The position numbers and the translations under genes are program-made. Shown here piece after piece: positions 48,537 to 56,312 of a stretch of 64,000 bases of DNA. Source of the DNA: Dehalococcoidia bacterium (lineage in GTDB: Bacteria > Chloroflexota > Dehalococcoidia > GIF9 > UBA5629); assembly GCA_050011565.1 (NCBI GenBank), contig JBEKIW010000001.1:677855-741854 (forward strand). Reading direction: 5' to 3'. Every line of letters begins with the position of its first letter. Within the stretch, counting starts at the first letter, position 1. A model generated the notes under the pieces. It was not told the origin of the DNA and ran no database searches. It saw only the letters and a program-made list of their open reading frames with translations.

Positions 48537-48692
48537 TCACCTTGATTTTCTCGATCTTCTTTCCTTAACAAGCTTTTTATAAGCCTGAAGAACAGCTGAT
48601 AACCCACCATGCCGCGATTGTCTGTACGTTCCGTTAAGAATATGTTGCTCAATGGACTTTTTGTTGCTTCCTCCCGAACCAGGTCCCCCCAT
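48537..48692 (-). CDS. 51-aa ORF resembling the N-terminus of P27-family (HK97-type) terminase small subunits
   Basis: Manual translation MGGPGSGGSNKKSIEQHILNGTYRQSRHGGLSAVLQAYKKLVKERRSRKSR*, with RBS AAAGGAGGT; below the ORF-track cutoff. Confidence 0.6.
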   Translation of the reverse strand: MGGPGSGGSNKKSIEQHILNGTYRQSRHGGLSAVLQAYKKLVKERRSRKSR

Positions 48693-48884
48693 TTAATTTA
48701 CCTCCTTTTCTGGTTTTGCTGCCCACGGTTTTGCTGCCCATGGTCAAATCGGGTTTTTTTGTCCGAATTAACCGGAAAATCAGCCAGCAAAAGTTTTGCT
48801 AACTGCTTTATTTCCCCAGTTTTTGAAGCTAAATTACCCATTTTGCCACCATATATTAATTTCTATCTTCATGATTTATCTTCC

Positions 48885-48966
48885 TGTTTTGCTGGCTGTG
48901 TGTGCGCGAAACTGCCCACTCGGTTCTGAAGCTTTGAAGCTGCAGCGATTTGATGGGGCTATCCCT
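48885..48966 (-). other. Putative cos packaging region
   Basis: Minus strand GGGATAGCCCCATCAAATCGCTGCAGC...AGAACCGAGTGGGCAGTTTCGCGCACAC...GCAAAA resembles the GGG..AAATC.CT...ACCG...CGCG pattern recalled upstream of terS in HK97-like cos phages. Confidence 0.5.
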
Positions 48967-49004
48967 GGTCAAATTATTTCTTGAGAAATACCTTACGATC
49001 CTAA

Positions 49005-49124
49005 TTACCTGGCCGGCCGTGTTCTCCGTCTTTTTATCTTCGGCCTCTCCGGCAGTTCAGAGTATAGCCAGCCACAAAGAACCAGACACCAGATTAAGAA
49101 ACAGAATATAACTATTATTTCCAT
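49005..49124 (-). CDS. 39-aa single-TM peptide with basic tail
   Basis: MEIIVIFCFLIWCLVLCGWLYSELPERPKIKRRRTRPAR*; RBS AAGGAAGG. Confidence 0.45.
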   Translation of the reverse strand: MEIIVIFCFLIWCLVLCGWLYSELPERPKIKRRRTRPAR

Positions 49125-49150
49125 AAGTCACCTTCCTTTGCTGACAGTCT

Positions 49151-50299
49151 TTAGACATAAGATTTCCTTAACTGTTGCAGGCGATAAAGTTCTTTGGCTA
49201 TTCGCTGGACGTCGGCCTCTTCCCTGACTATCAGTTGAGAAACGGTAATATTAACTCCGGAGCCGCCGGCCGGTGATATAACTTCACCACCATGGACCAT
49301 TGCAAGTTGAGGCTCCCCGATTGAGCCGGGGACTATACCGCCGGATTGATAACCCTGAAGATGAGCTAGATAATTCTGCTGGCTAATCTCGGCCTGGCTC
49401 ATGCCACCAGTGGAAACCGCTCCACCGCTTTCAGAACCTGGACTTGCCCACAATTGGCTGAGTCCACCAGTAAACCATGATGGCATATTCAAGATTTTCG
49501 ACAAATCCAGACGGCTTAATGTACTATTCAGTTTATTCATCCAATCGACAGCTTGCTTAATATAGCCTACAAGCGTAGCCAGGTCTCCAATGAAGGATGT
49601 CAGACTAGGGAAAACGGTCGCTGCAAGTGCACCAGTTAATCCCTGCCAGGCGGTGTGGAGGTCTTCAGTAGCCCCTTTGGTATCTGCAAGAGCAGTTACT
49701 TGAGCATCGCTGAGAATTCCTAACTCGTGTAACCTGCTAATATAGGTGTCCAAGTTACCTATCATAGGTAGCAATTCTGTACCGGAACGCCCAAAAATCT
49801 CCATGGCCAAAGCGGCGCGTTGAGTTGGGTCAGGAATATTATTTAATGCCCGAGCAATCGCTTTGAATTGGCTTTCCGGGTCCATTTGTTGCAGGTCATT
49901 GAAGGATAATCCTAATTGCTGGAATGTTCTTACAGCTGTCACCGAACCATTCTCTGCATCAAGCAAAACCCTGGCGAATTGCTGCATCCCTACTCGCACC
50001 TGGTCAAGAGATGAGCCCCCTTTTTCTGCCGCGTAGCCTAGTTCCTGAAGTGCCTGAGTAGACATACCGGTGCGTATGGCTGTATTTGTAAGGTCCTCGC
50101 CCAGGTTCATAAGATTAGACGCGATTGCCCCCATGCCTGCTACAACAGCAGCCATGCTCATTTCGGGTAGAAGCCCCCCTAATAAAGAATTCAGCTTGCC
50201 AATAGAACTTTGGGCTGAGGACTGCAGGTCCTTCATGCCTTGCTGAAATTCTTCAGTTTTGGCGCCTATGACAACAAAAAGTTTGCTTAATTCGTTCAT
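49151..50299 (-). CDS. Short phage tail tape-measure-like protein (382 aa)
   Basis: N-terminal L.V.IGA....F..G; core TGMST.ALQEL.YAA and D...RAALAMEIFGRSG.ELLP; C-terminal Y.SGGIVPG..G.P.LA.VHGGE...REEADV..IA. Confidence 0.85.
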   Translation of the reverse strand: MNELSKLFVVIGAKTEEFQQGMKDLQSSAQSSIGKLNSLLGGLLPEMSMAAVVAGMGAIASNLMNLGEDLTNTAIRTGMSTQALQELGYAAEKGGSSLDQVRVGMQQFARVLLDAENGSVTAVRTFQQLGLSFNDLQQMDPESQFKAIARALNNIPDPTQRAALAMEIFGRSGTELLPMIGNLDTYISRLHELGILSDAQVTALADTKGATEDLHTAWQGLTGALAATVFPSLTSFIGDLATLVGYIKQAVDWMNKLNSTLSRLDLSKILNMPSWFTGGLSQLWASPGSESGGAVSTGGMSQAEISQQNYLAHLQGYQSGGIVPGSIGEPQLAMVHGGEVISPAGGSGVNITVSQLIVREEADVQRIAKELYRLQQLRKSYV

Positions 50300-50574
50300 T
50301 TAATTCCCCTTTCCTTTTTAAAAAGGCGGAAGGCTTTCTTTAGCCCTTTTACTACTTCGCGGTAATGTGAAATAAGAAGCTTCTTTGCTTCTTTAATGGT
50401 CAATGCCGGATCATCCTGGACAAGCCCTCCCCATAACAAAACAACGGCATGATATGGCAGACTTGATATTTCAGGCTTCAATTTAATGCCGGTTGTCTCT
50501 TCAAATAGACCCAAGGTTATAAGATTGAGGCGGAAGCGCCGTTTTTTGTCCAGTTTCATTGTAACTTCTGCCAC
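50296..50574 (-). CDS. Phage tail assembly chaperone-like protein
   Basis: KLDK.R..RL....L..FEE.TG...LLWGGL...DP.LT......L; stop overlaps the tape-measure start (ATGA). Confidence 0.7.
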   Translation of the reverse strand: MAEVTMKLDKKRRFRLNLITLGLFEETTGIKLKPEISSLPYHAVVLLWGGLVQDDPALTIKEAKKLLISHYREVVKGLKKAFRLFKKERGIK

Positions 50575-50637
50575 TTTTAAATCTCCTCAAGGCGGCCTGT
50601 TTGACCGCCCCTAATTATTTCTCAAAAAATATCTTGG

Positions 50638-50907
50638 TTACAATTGCCGGTTTATCGCTTTGGCCACGCCGTAGACATGCTGCCCCTTTAAACTGTCAGA
50701 ACCAGTAAATTTTAGTAGCCCTGGCTTTTTTGTAGCCAGCTCGTTAACAAACAAAGTGTCCCCGGCTTTCGGCGCCGCTGCCGGGTCGAAAACAACGATA
50801 TCGCCCTCAAATAAAACAGGTTCCGCGCAATGCCCTACACATCTGACGGCAATTAGTGAATGGCCATCTGCCAGGTCTGCCGGTATGAAAGTGGTCCCTA
50901 TAGTCAT
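50638..50907 (-). CDS. Stand-alone S24 (LexA/UmuD/CI C-terminal) peptidase-like domain
   Basis: AVRCVGHCAEP.L.EGDIVV.DP...P..GD...V......LK...YGV; no HTH. Confidence 0.65.
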   Translation of the reverse strand: MTIGTTFIPADLADGHSLIAVRCVGHCAEPVLFEGDIVVFDPAAAPKAGDTLFVNELATKKPGLLKFTGSDSLKGQHVYGVAKAINRQL

Positions 50908-51011
50908 GTTCCCCCCTTGCTAATTAAGTTGCTAATATACTGCAAAACACTAGATAGCACAGCGAAGTTTTGAATACTACAGAAGCGTATGTAGGTTTTA
51001 CTGGTCTAGGT

Positions 51012-52859
51012 TCAAATCCCTAGAATCCCGTATGCGCTACCATTCATAACTTTTCGGCACTTAGTTGCTAACTCACATTCCTCATCGGCTTGTGATTTAC
51101 TTAATTGCACCTTATCACTTTGGATATCTGATTGCACCTGACCAAGATTTAGCTGGCAGCTTACCCTCATAGTCTTGAGATCTTCGGAGGGATAAACCTT
51201 GATGCCCAGCTTGGAGATAACGTCCAGTCGCTCTTCGAAGGTGGCTCCATCGAGATTGCTATCCCTCAGTACCTTCAATTCCTCTCTTAATGCCTCCAAG
51301 TCGGTGCAACCAGAGACCGAGTCCTCTAGTTCTTCTCTGAGTCGTTTAATCTCTTTTTCCGCTTTGGCTATCGTCGCCCGGTGTTCGTCGATACGCATCT
51401 TGGCTTCGTACCGGTTGTACAGTCCACCCTCGAAGCCCTCTTGAACCTTAGTAATTCTGGCCTCCGCCTGTGATGTCTTCAGCAACTGAAGTCTGAGTAG
51501 CTTTTCCACATTCTCGTCCTGCAATAGTTCCGTGGAGAGCTGTTGCTCAACCCAGGCATCAGTCCTAAGCCACGAGCAAATGTCCTGCCATACCAGTTGA
51601 TCCCATGTGCCAGGGACGAATTTCCTGTAATTGCAGGGGTGCTCAACCCAAGGCTTGAAGTATCGGGAACAGTAGTAGTAGACACCATTCAGGTGGCCCG
51701 CACGTCTAACCACCATTGGCTGGCAACACCTGGGGCAATATATGCGATTGCGAAGTAAGGCCTGGATTGTCTTCCCCTGCTTACCTCTTCCCCTTCCCCT
51801 CTGGGCAATAGTAGCGTTGGCCTTTTGCCATAGTTCTTCACTCACCAAGGTTGGAACTTTGAATTCTACCCAATCATCCTTGGGTTTAGGTCTGAGAAGG
51901 GTCCTCTTAATCTCTGCAGTTATGTCAACTAGAGGTCTATCGGGATTTGGCACTCTGGCATTGGCGTTATAATAGTGAGTCCCTGTGTAGCAGTGATGAC
52001 GGACGATGGCAGAAACCCCGGCAGGCGACCATTTGCCACCATCTGGGGCCTTGATACCCATCTCATTCAGTTTGTTGGCCACCCAGAAGAGGCTGAGTCC
52101 TTCACTGCCAACCCAGGTAAAGATCTGAATCACAACCCAGGCTGGACTCGGATAAATGAGTTGACCGTCAGGATCAGACTCGTCAAGTTCCCACCAGGCA
52201 CGCTTGATGATAACCTTGCCGTCAGGGGCTATCTCCCTGTCTGCCTTGTAGCGATAACCGTAAGCGGCGCGGCTTGCCGGCACCATGCCTTTGAGTACCC
52301 TTCCTATGTTGCCCGCCCTGGCGCTGTCTCTGTTTGTTTGGACCCTGAGAGCATTGGCCTTAGCCATGATCAGGCGGCTGGTGCTACTGGCCCAATCCGC
52401 TCCACTAGGCACATCGCCGAAGACAAACTCCACACCATAGTGCGTGCATTCCCTCTCGAAGATAAGCTGCTGTCCCGGATCCATTGTCAGCCGTCCCTGC
52501 AAAGGTATCAGCACTCCCTGAATCCTACGCTTGGCTATTAACTCCTTCCTGAGGAACGCCATATTTTTCCGGTCAAGGTATTCGCTGCTCTCATGGTCAA
52601 CAACAATATATTCCTGCGGCACGGTTAAGGCTCTCTGCTTCGCCATGCGTGCGCAGGTAAGCAGATACTCAGGTATGCGATTGTTTTGCGCCTGCTCCAC
52701 CAAGCTCTGCCGGACGTAAGCCGCCCACCAGGTAGGCTTCATAAGGTCACAGCTTTTGACGCCGAAACCATCCTCATACCCTGCTGCCTTGGCTGCTTCG
52801 TCGATGTAACCATCCAACTGATCTCGGCTCATAACCTCTGTCTCTTTGTCATGCTTCAT
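51012..52859 (-). CDS. Large serine recombinase (resolvase + recombinase + zinc ribbon + coiled coil)
   Basis: AAYVRQS, GRL, AAYGY, Y.G, P.LVSEELW, LL...IYCPRC...YYYC. Confidence 0.92.
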   Translation of the reverse strand: MKHDKETEVMSRDQLDGYIDEAAKAAGYEDGFGVKSCDLMKPTWWAAYVRQSLVEQAQNNRIPEYLLTCARMAKQRALTVPQEYIVVDHESSEYLDRKNMAFLRKELIAKRRIQGVLIPLQGRLTMDPGQQLIFERECTHYGVEFVFGDVPSGADWASSTSRLIMAKANALRVQTNRDSARAGNIGRVLKGMVPASRAAYGYRYKADREIAPDGKVIIKRAWWELDESDPDGQLIYPSPAWVVIQIFTWVGSEGLSLFWVANKLNEMGIKAPDGGKWSPAGVSAIVRHHCYTGTHYYNANARVPNPDRPLVDITAEIKRTLLRPKPKDDWVEFKVPTLVSEELWQKANATIAQRGRGRGKQGKTIQALLRNRIYCPRCCQPMVVRRAGHLNGVYYYCSRYFKPWVEHPCNYRKFVPGTWDQLVWQDICSWLRTDAWVEQQLSTELLQDENVEKLLRLQLLKTSQAEARITKVQEGFEGGLYNRYEAKMRIDEHRATIAKAEKEIKRLREELEDSVSGCTDLEALREELKVLRDSNLDGATFEERLDVISKLGIKVYPSEDLKTMRVSCQLNLGQVQSDIQSDKVQLSKSQADEECELATKCRKVMNGSAYGILGI

Positions 52860-53245
52860 CTCTTCTCCCTCCTCCTGAACAATGATTCCTGAATCCTCTG
52901 CAGGCGCTGCGCTTCATCGTTGGAAAGCCTCAGTTTACCTCGGCACAGCTGGCACTGTTCTAGAATCTGCTTCCAGTTGTCCTTCCAGCTTTCATCCTCA
53001 CATTTGCCTCTCATCCATGGTTCGGGCTGGCTCGGCACCAATCGGCGGTCAAACCCCAGGGGACAATTGGCAAGTCCCTGCTTCACTTGATGGAAAGCGA
53101 CCGGACAGCCCTGGATGCCGGGGAATTCCCAAAGCGTCACGGTCTCCCCCTCTGGAATGCCCAGAATCTGTCTCGCTAATTCTCCGATGCCCGTATCCAC
53201 TTTTTCACCCAGTCTTCCGCTTTTTCTGGCGTCCTTTTCCTTCAA
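52856..53245 (-). CDS. Hypothetical Cys-rich protein, translationally coupled to the recombinase
   Basis: ATGA overlap with the recombinase; CP...CP...C...CQLC. Confidence 0.55.
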   Translation of the reverse strand: MKEKDARKSGRLGEKVDTGIGELARQILGIPEGETVTLWEFPGIQGCPVAFHQVKQGLANCPLGFDRRLVPSQPEPWMRGKCEDESWKDNWKQILEQCQLCRGKLRLSNDEAQRLQRIQESLFRRREKR

Positions 53246-53537
53246 CAGCCTCTATCAGTATGTCCAAAGCTCGATGCAGGGCTTCAAATTTCTTGATAGC
53301 CTCGCCAAAGTCCGCAATCGCATTCCCTTCGATAGCTCTAGCTAACCTCGTTTCAACATCAACGCCCAGAATCTCCAGGCGGTGCAGGTCAGCAAAGAGA
53401 CTTACACTCCGCCGTATAACCTCGGAAACACTGCCATAGCCGAACTCATCACGGAGCCATTCCATGTCTTGGTGCTGCTCCGCTGGCAGCCTTAAGGCAA
53501 TAAGCTCATCATGCTTAGTTACTCTGCCCATCAACAT
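53205..53537 (-). CDS. Ribbon-helix-helix-like regulator
   Basis: IALRLP.......E.L....GY.SVSEVIR; TTGACA-17-TATACT promoter at 53541-53569 immediately upstream (near-leaderless). Confidence 0.65.
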   Translation of the reverse strand: MLMGRVTKHDELIALRLPAEQHQDMEWLRDEFGYGSVSEVIRRSVSLFADLHRLEILGVDVETRLARAIEGNAIADFGEAIKKFEALHRALDILIEAVEGKGRQKKRKTG

Positions 53538-53904
53538 AAAAGTATAACATCAAGTCATACACTTGTCAAGTCCTTTCGGCGACGTTTGTTGATCAATAGG
53601 TAAAAGTAATTGATGGGGCAACTTTTGAGAAACTATTTGGCTTCCACGGAGAGGGAAAGGTAACAATTCAGGCTATTGTTACCTAGATTTTATAAAATGC
53701 ACTCTCGCTGGGTATAGAAGCTTTCCAAACTTCCAGCCTATGCGATTACTCCCTCTGACCTCGGCCAGGTCTTCTCGCATTGCGAGTTCCATAAACCAAC
53801 TTTCAACGAACCGGAGGGAGACAACAAGAACTTTCACAGCATCTTGTCGGCATAACTAGCCGTTTCTTTAGCTAAAACTCGACCATAACAATTTATTACC
53901 TAAT

Positions 53905-53943
53905 CTTCATGCAATTTTGTAACTTTCTTCGCAATATCTTCAT
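53905..53943 (+). promoter_or_regulatory. 11-bp-periodic PhoB/OmpR-type direct repeats upstream of glgC
   Basis: CTTCAT-N5-TTTGTA-N5-CTTCGC-N5-CTTCAT, followed by a TATAGT -10 at 53954. Confidence 0.45.
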
Positions 53944-53964
53944 ATTGACCTGATATAGTTTTCT

Positions 53965-55269
53965 GTGTTGAGGGAGGGCGAGGCTATGACAAAGGTGCTA
54001 GCCATGATTCTTGCCGGTGGGCGGGGCGAAAGGATGGGTATTCTATCCTACTTGAGGGCAAAACCAATCCTGTCTTTCGCAGGCAAATTCCGGGTTATTG
54101 ACTTTGTACTGACCAATTGTGTACGTTCTGGAATTGGCGATATAGCCGTCTTAACTGATTACCAGCGTTCCAGCATAGAAAGCTATTTGAGCCAGTGGCA
54201 ATTTATGAACGGCAACCATAGCAACTTCCACGTCCTTGAGCCGAAGGTAAGCTCTTATACAGGCACTGCCGACGCTGTTTATCAGAACATTGATTATTTA
54301 CAGCGACAAAGTGCTAACTCCATATTGATATTGGCCGCTGACCACATTTACAAAATGGACTACAGCAAGATGTTGGCTTTCCATCAGAAGGTAGAAGCTG
54401 ATGTTACCGTAGGGGTGGTGTCAGTACCAATTGAACAGGCTCATCGGTTTGGCATAGTCAAAACAAGGAATGAAGGCAGGATAGTAGACTTTGTGGAGAA
54501 GCCCAGAATTCCTGGAAGCAACCTGGTTTCCATGGGTATCTATATCTTTAACAAACAAACCCTGCTGGAACGTCTTGCGGAGGACGCTGCCGACCTTAGT
54601 TCACCCCACGACTTTGGACACGCCATAATACCCAAGATGGTAAGCAGGGATAAGGTCTTCGCCTATAAATTCAATGAATACTGGCAAGATATAGGGACTG
54701 TGGAAGCATATTACCGGGCAAATATGGAGCTTACCCGCCAAGTGCCATCTCTTAGCCTCAACACCCAATGGTCTATCCTCACTCAAGACGATGGGAGTCT
54801 GCCACCACCAAAAATTTCCGGGCAAGGCAGTGTAAAAGACAGCCTTATAAGCCCCGGCTGTGTGATTAAGGGTGAAGTCCATGACTCTATTTTGTCCCCT
54901 GGCGTCAGGGTCGAAGAAAAGGCCGTGGTAAGAAATTCAATAATAATGGCAGAGACCGTAATAGGCGAACACAGTGTAGTCGACCGCTCAATCCTTGATG
55001 AAGGAGTGAAGGTAGGCGAATTCTGCTATGTTGGCCTTAGAACTTCGCGCGTCCCCAGCGACGTAGGTATCACAGTCGTGGGAAAGGCTGTCACAATACC
55101 ATCGCACACTGCCATATGCAGCAGTTGCAGGGTATTGCCTGATGTGGGACCAGGGGATTTTGTCAAACACGTCGTACATGCGGGTACCGTAGTCTCACAG
55201 CATTTGGCTCAGCTTGCGAGTGCTGGAGCCGTAGCTGACCAGACATTCAGAAGAGAAATAGTAGGTTGA
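53965..55269 (+). CDS. glgC: Glucose-1-phosphate adenylyltransferase family protein
   Basis: ILAGGRGER, RAKP, YTGTADAVYQN, ADHIYKMDY, FVEKP, SMGIYIF, DFG, YWQDIGT; probable start ATG 53986. Confidence 0.9.
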   Translation: MLREGEAMTKVLAMILAGGRGERMGILSYLRAKPILSFAGKFRVIDFVLTNCVRSGIGDIAVLTDYQRSSIESYLSQWQFMNGNHSNFHVLEPKVSSYTGTADAVYQNIDYLQRQSANSILILAADHIYKMDYSKMLAFHQKVEADVTVGVVSVPIEQAHRFGIVKTRNEGRIVDFVEKPRIPGSNLVSMGIYIFNKQTLLERLAEDAADLSSPHDFGHAIIPKMVSRDKVFAYKFNEYWQDIGTVEAYYRANMELTRQVPSLSLNTQWSILTQDDGSLPPPKISGQGSVKDSLISPGCVIKGEVHDSILSPGVRVEEKAVVRNSIIMAETVIGEHSVVDRSILDEGVKVGEFCYVGLRTSRVPSDVGITVVGKAVTIPSHTAICSSCRVLPDVGPGDFVKHVVHAGTVVSQHLAQLASAGAVADQTFRREIVG

Positions 55270-55577
55270 AAATGGTTGTAAAGAATAAACAGGATGCTGC
55301 TAGAGTCTTGGCAGACGTGACAGGTGATAAGCGTTTCTTCTGTGAAGATGGCTGTGTCAGTGCCAACTTGACTGAACTGGTCAACTGTCTAAATTATATG
55401 ACAGAGGCGACATTTAACCACCACGTCACATCTTGGAAAAATGACTTTAGTACTTGGATTCGGAATGTTTTGGGTGACGACAAGTTGGCTGGCGATTTAA
55501 CTAAGGTCAATAACCCCATTGAGGCGGCTAAAGTAGCAACGCAAAGAGTAGCTTGGCTCCAGAAGAAATCAAAATGA
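55266..55577 (+). CDS. DUF5752-like small protein
   Basis: FF..DG....NL.EL...L..M....F.HHV...KNDFS.WIR.VLGD..LA. Confidence 0.7.
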   Translation: MKMVVKNKQDAARVLADVTGDKRFFCEDGCVSANLTELVNCLNYMTEATFNHHVTSWKNDFSTWIRNVLGDDKLAGDLTKVNNPIEAAKVATQRVAWLQKKSK

Positions 55578-55626
55578 ACGTCCTTCAATTGCACAAAACG
55601 CCCTATTGTTGCTTAGCTCCGTCTGT

Positions 55627-56298
55627 CTAATACTTTGAAGCTCCTATCTCTTTCATCTTCCCCGTTACAATAAAAACCACCCTCTCGCATATGTTGGTCA
55701 CCCTATCTGCACTACGCTCCAAGTTGTGAGCTACCCAGATGAGTCGCGTCGCCCTGGTAATGGTCTTGGGGTCGTCCATCATGAAAACGAGTAATTCACG
55801 AAAGACCTGGTTATAAAGGTTATCTACTTCATCATCCTCAGCAGCTATTTTTGTGGCGCTTTCAGCGTCTCGATTAACAAAAGCTTCCAGGCTGCGGCGT
55901 AGCATTTGATTTGTCTTTTCGGCCATGCGTGGGATATCAATAAGTGGCTTTAAGGGTGGTTCATCCCCAATTTCTAATGTAATTTTACCTATACCTTCAG
56001 CATGGTCACCTATTCGTTCCAGTTCCGTTATTATATTAAGGACAGCAACAATAATACGGAGGTCGCTGGCCATAGGTTGCTGGGTAGCTATGAGCTGAAT
56101 ACACTTTTCTTCTATGTCAAATCGCTTCTGATTTATCTTCTGGTCATCGGTAATTATTTGGTGCGCAAGGGTCAGGTCTCGTTTCTTTAAAGCCTCTATG
56201 GAGCGACTAATCGCCTTTTCTACCATGCTTCCCATGACCAGAATATCATCCTCAATTTCTCTTAGTCTCTTATGAAAGGTTGACCTTGTCTCCATCAA
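55627..56298 (-). CDS. phoU: Phosphate signalling protein PhoU
   Basis: QQPMASDLR, ELERIGDH, DDEVD, LERSADRVTNICE. Confidence 0.96.
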   Translation of the reverse strand: MMETRSTFHKRLREIEDDILVMGSMVEKAISRSIEALKKRDLTLAHQIITDDQKINQKRFDIEEKCIQLIATQQPMASDLRIIVAVLNIITELERIGDHAEGIGKITLEIGDEPPLKPLIDIPRMAEKTNQMLRRSLEAFVNRDAESATKIAAEDDEVDNLYNQVFRELLVFMMDDPKTITRATRLIWVAHNLERSADRVTNICERVVFIVTGKMKEIGASKY

Positions 56299-56312
56299 AA
56301 CCTCCTTTGCCT

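Larger units (their letters stand above)
42274..51042. mobile_element. Phage-satellite-like element (~8.75 kb) integrated in tRNA-Glu
   Basis: Perfect 20-bp direct repeat GAATCCCGTATGCGCTACCA at 42274-42293 and 51023-51042; integrase next to the tRNA; xis, rep, capsid and tail genes inside. Confidence 0.9.

Noticed and set aside
50296-50330. Programmed -1 frameshift at the end of the tail chaperone (TTTTTAAAAAG)
   Set aside because: The run is not in the X-XXY-YYZ register of the chaperone frame, and there is no separate T-extension ORF before the tape measure.
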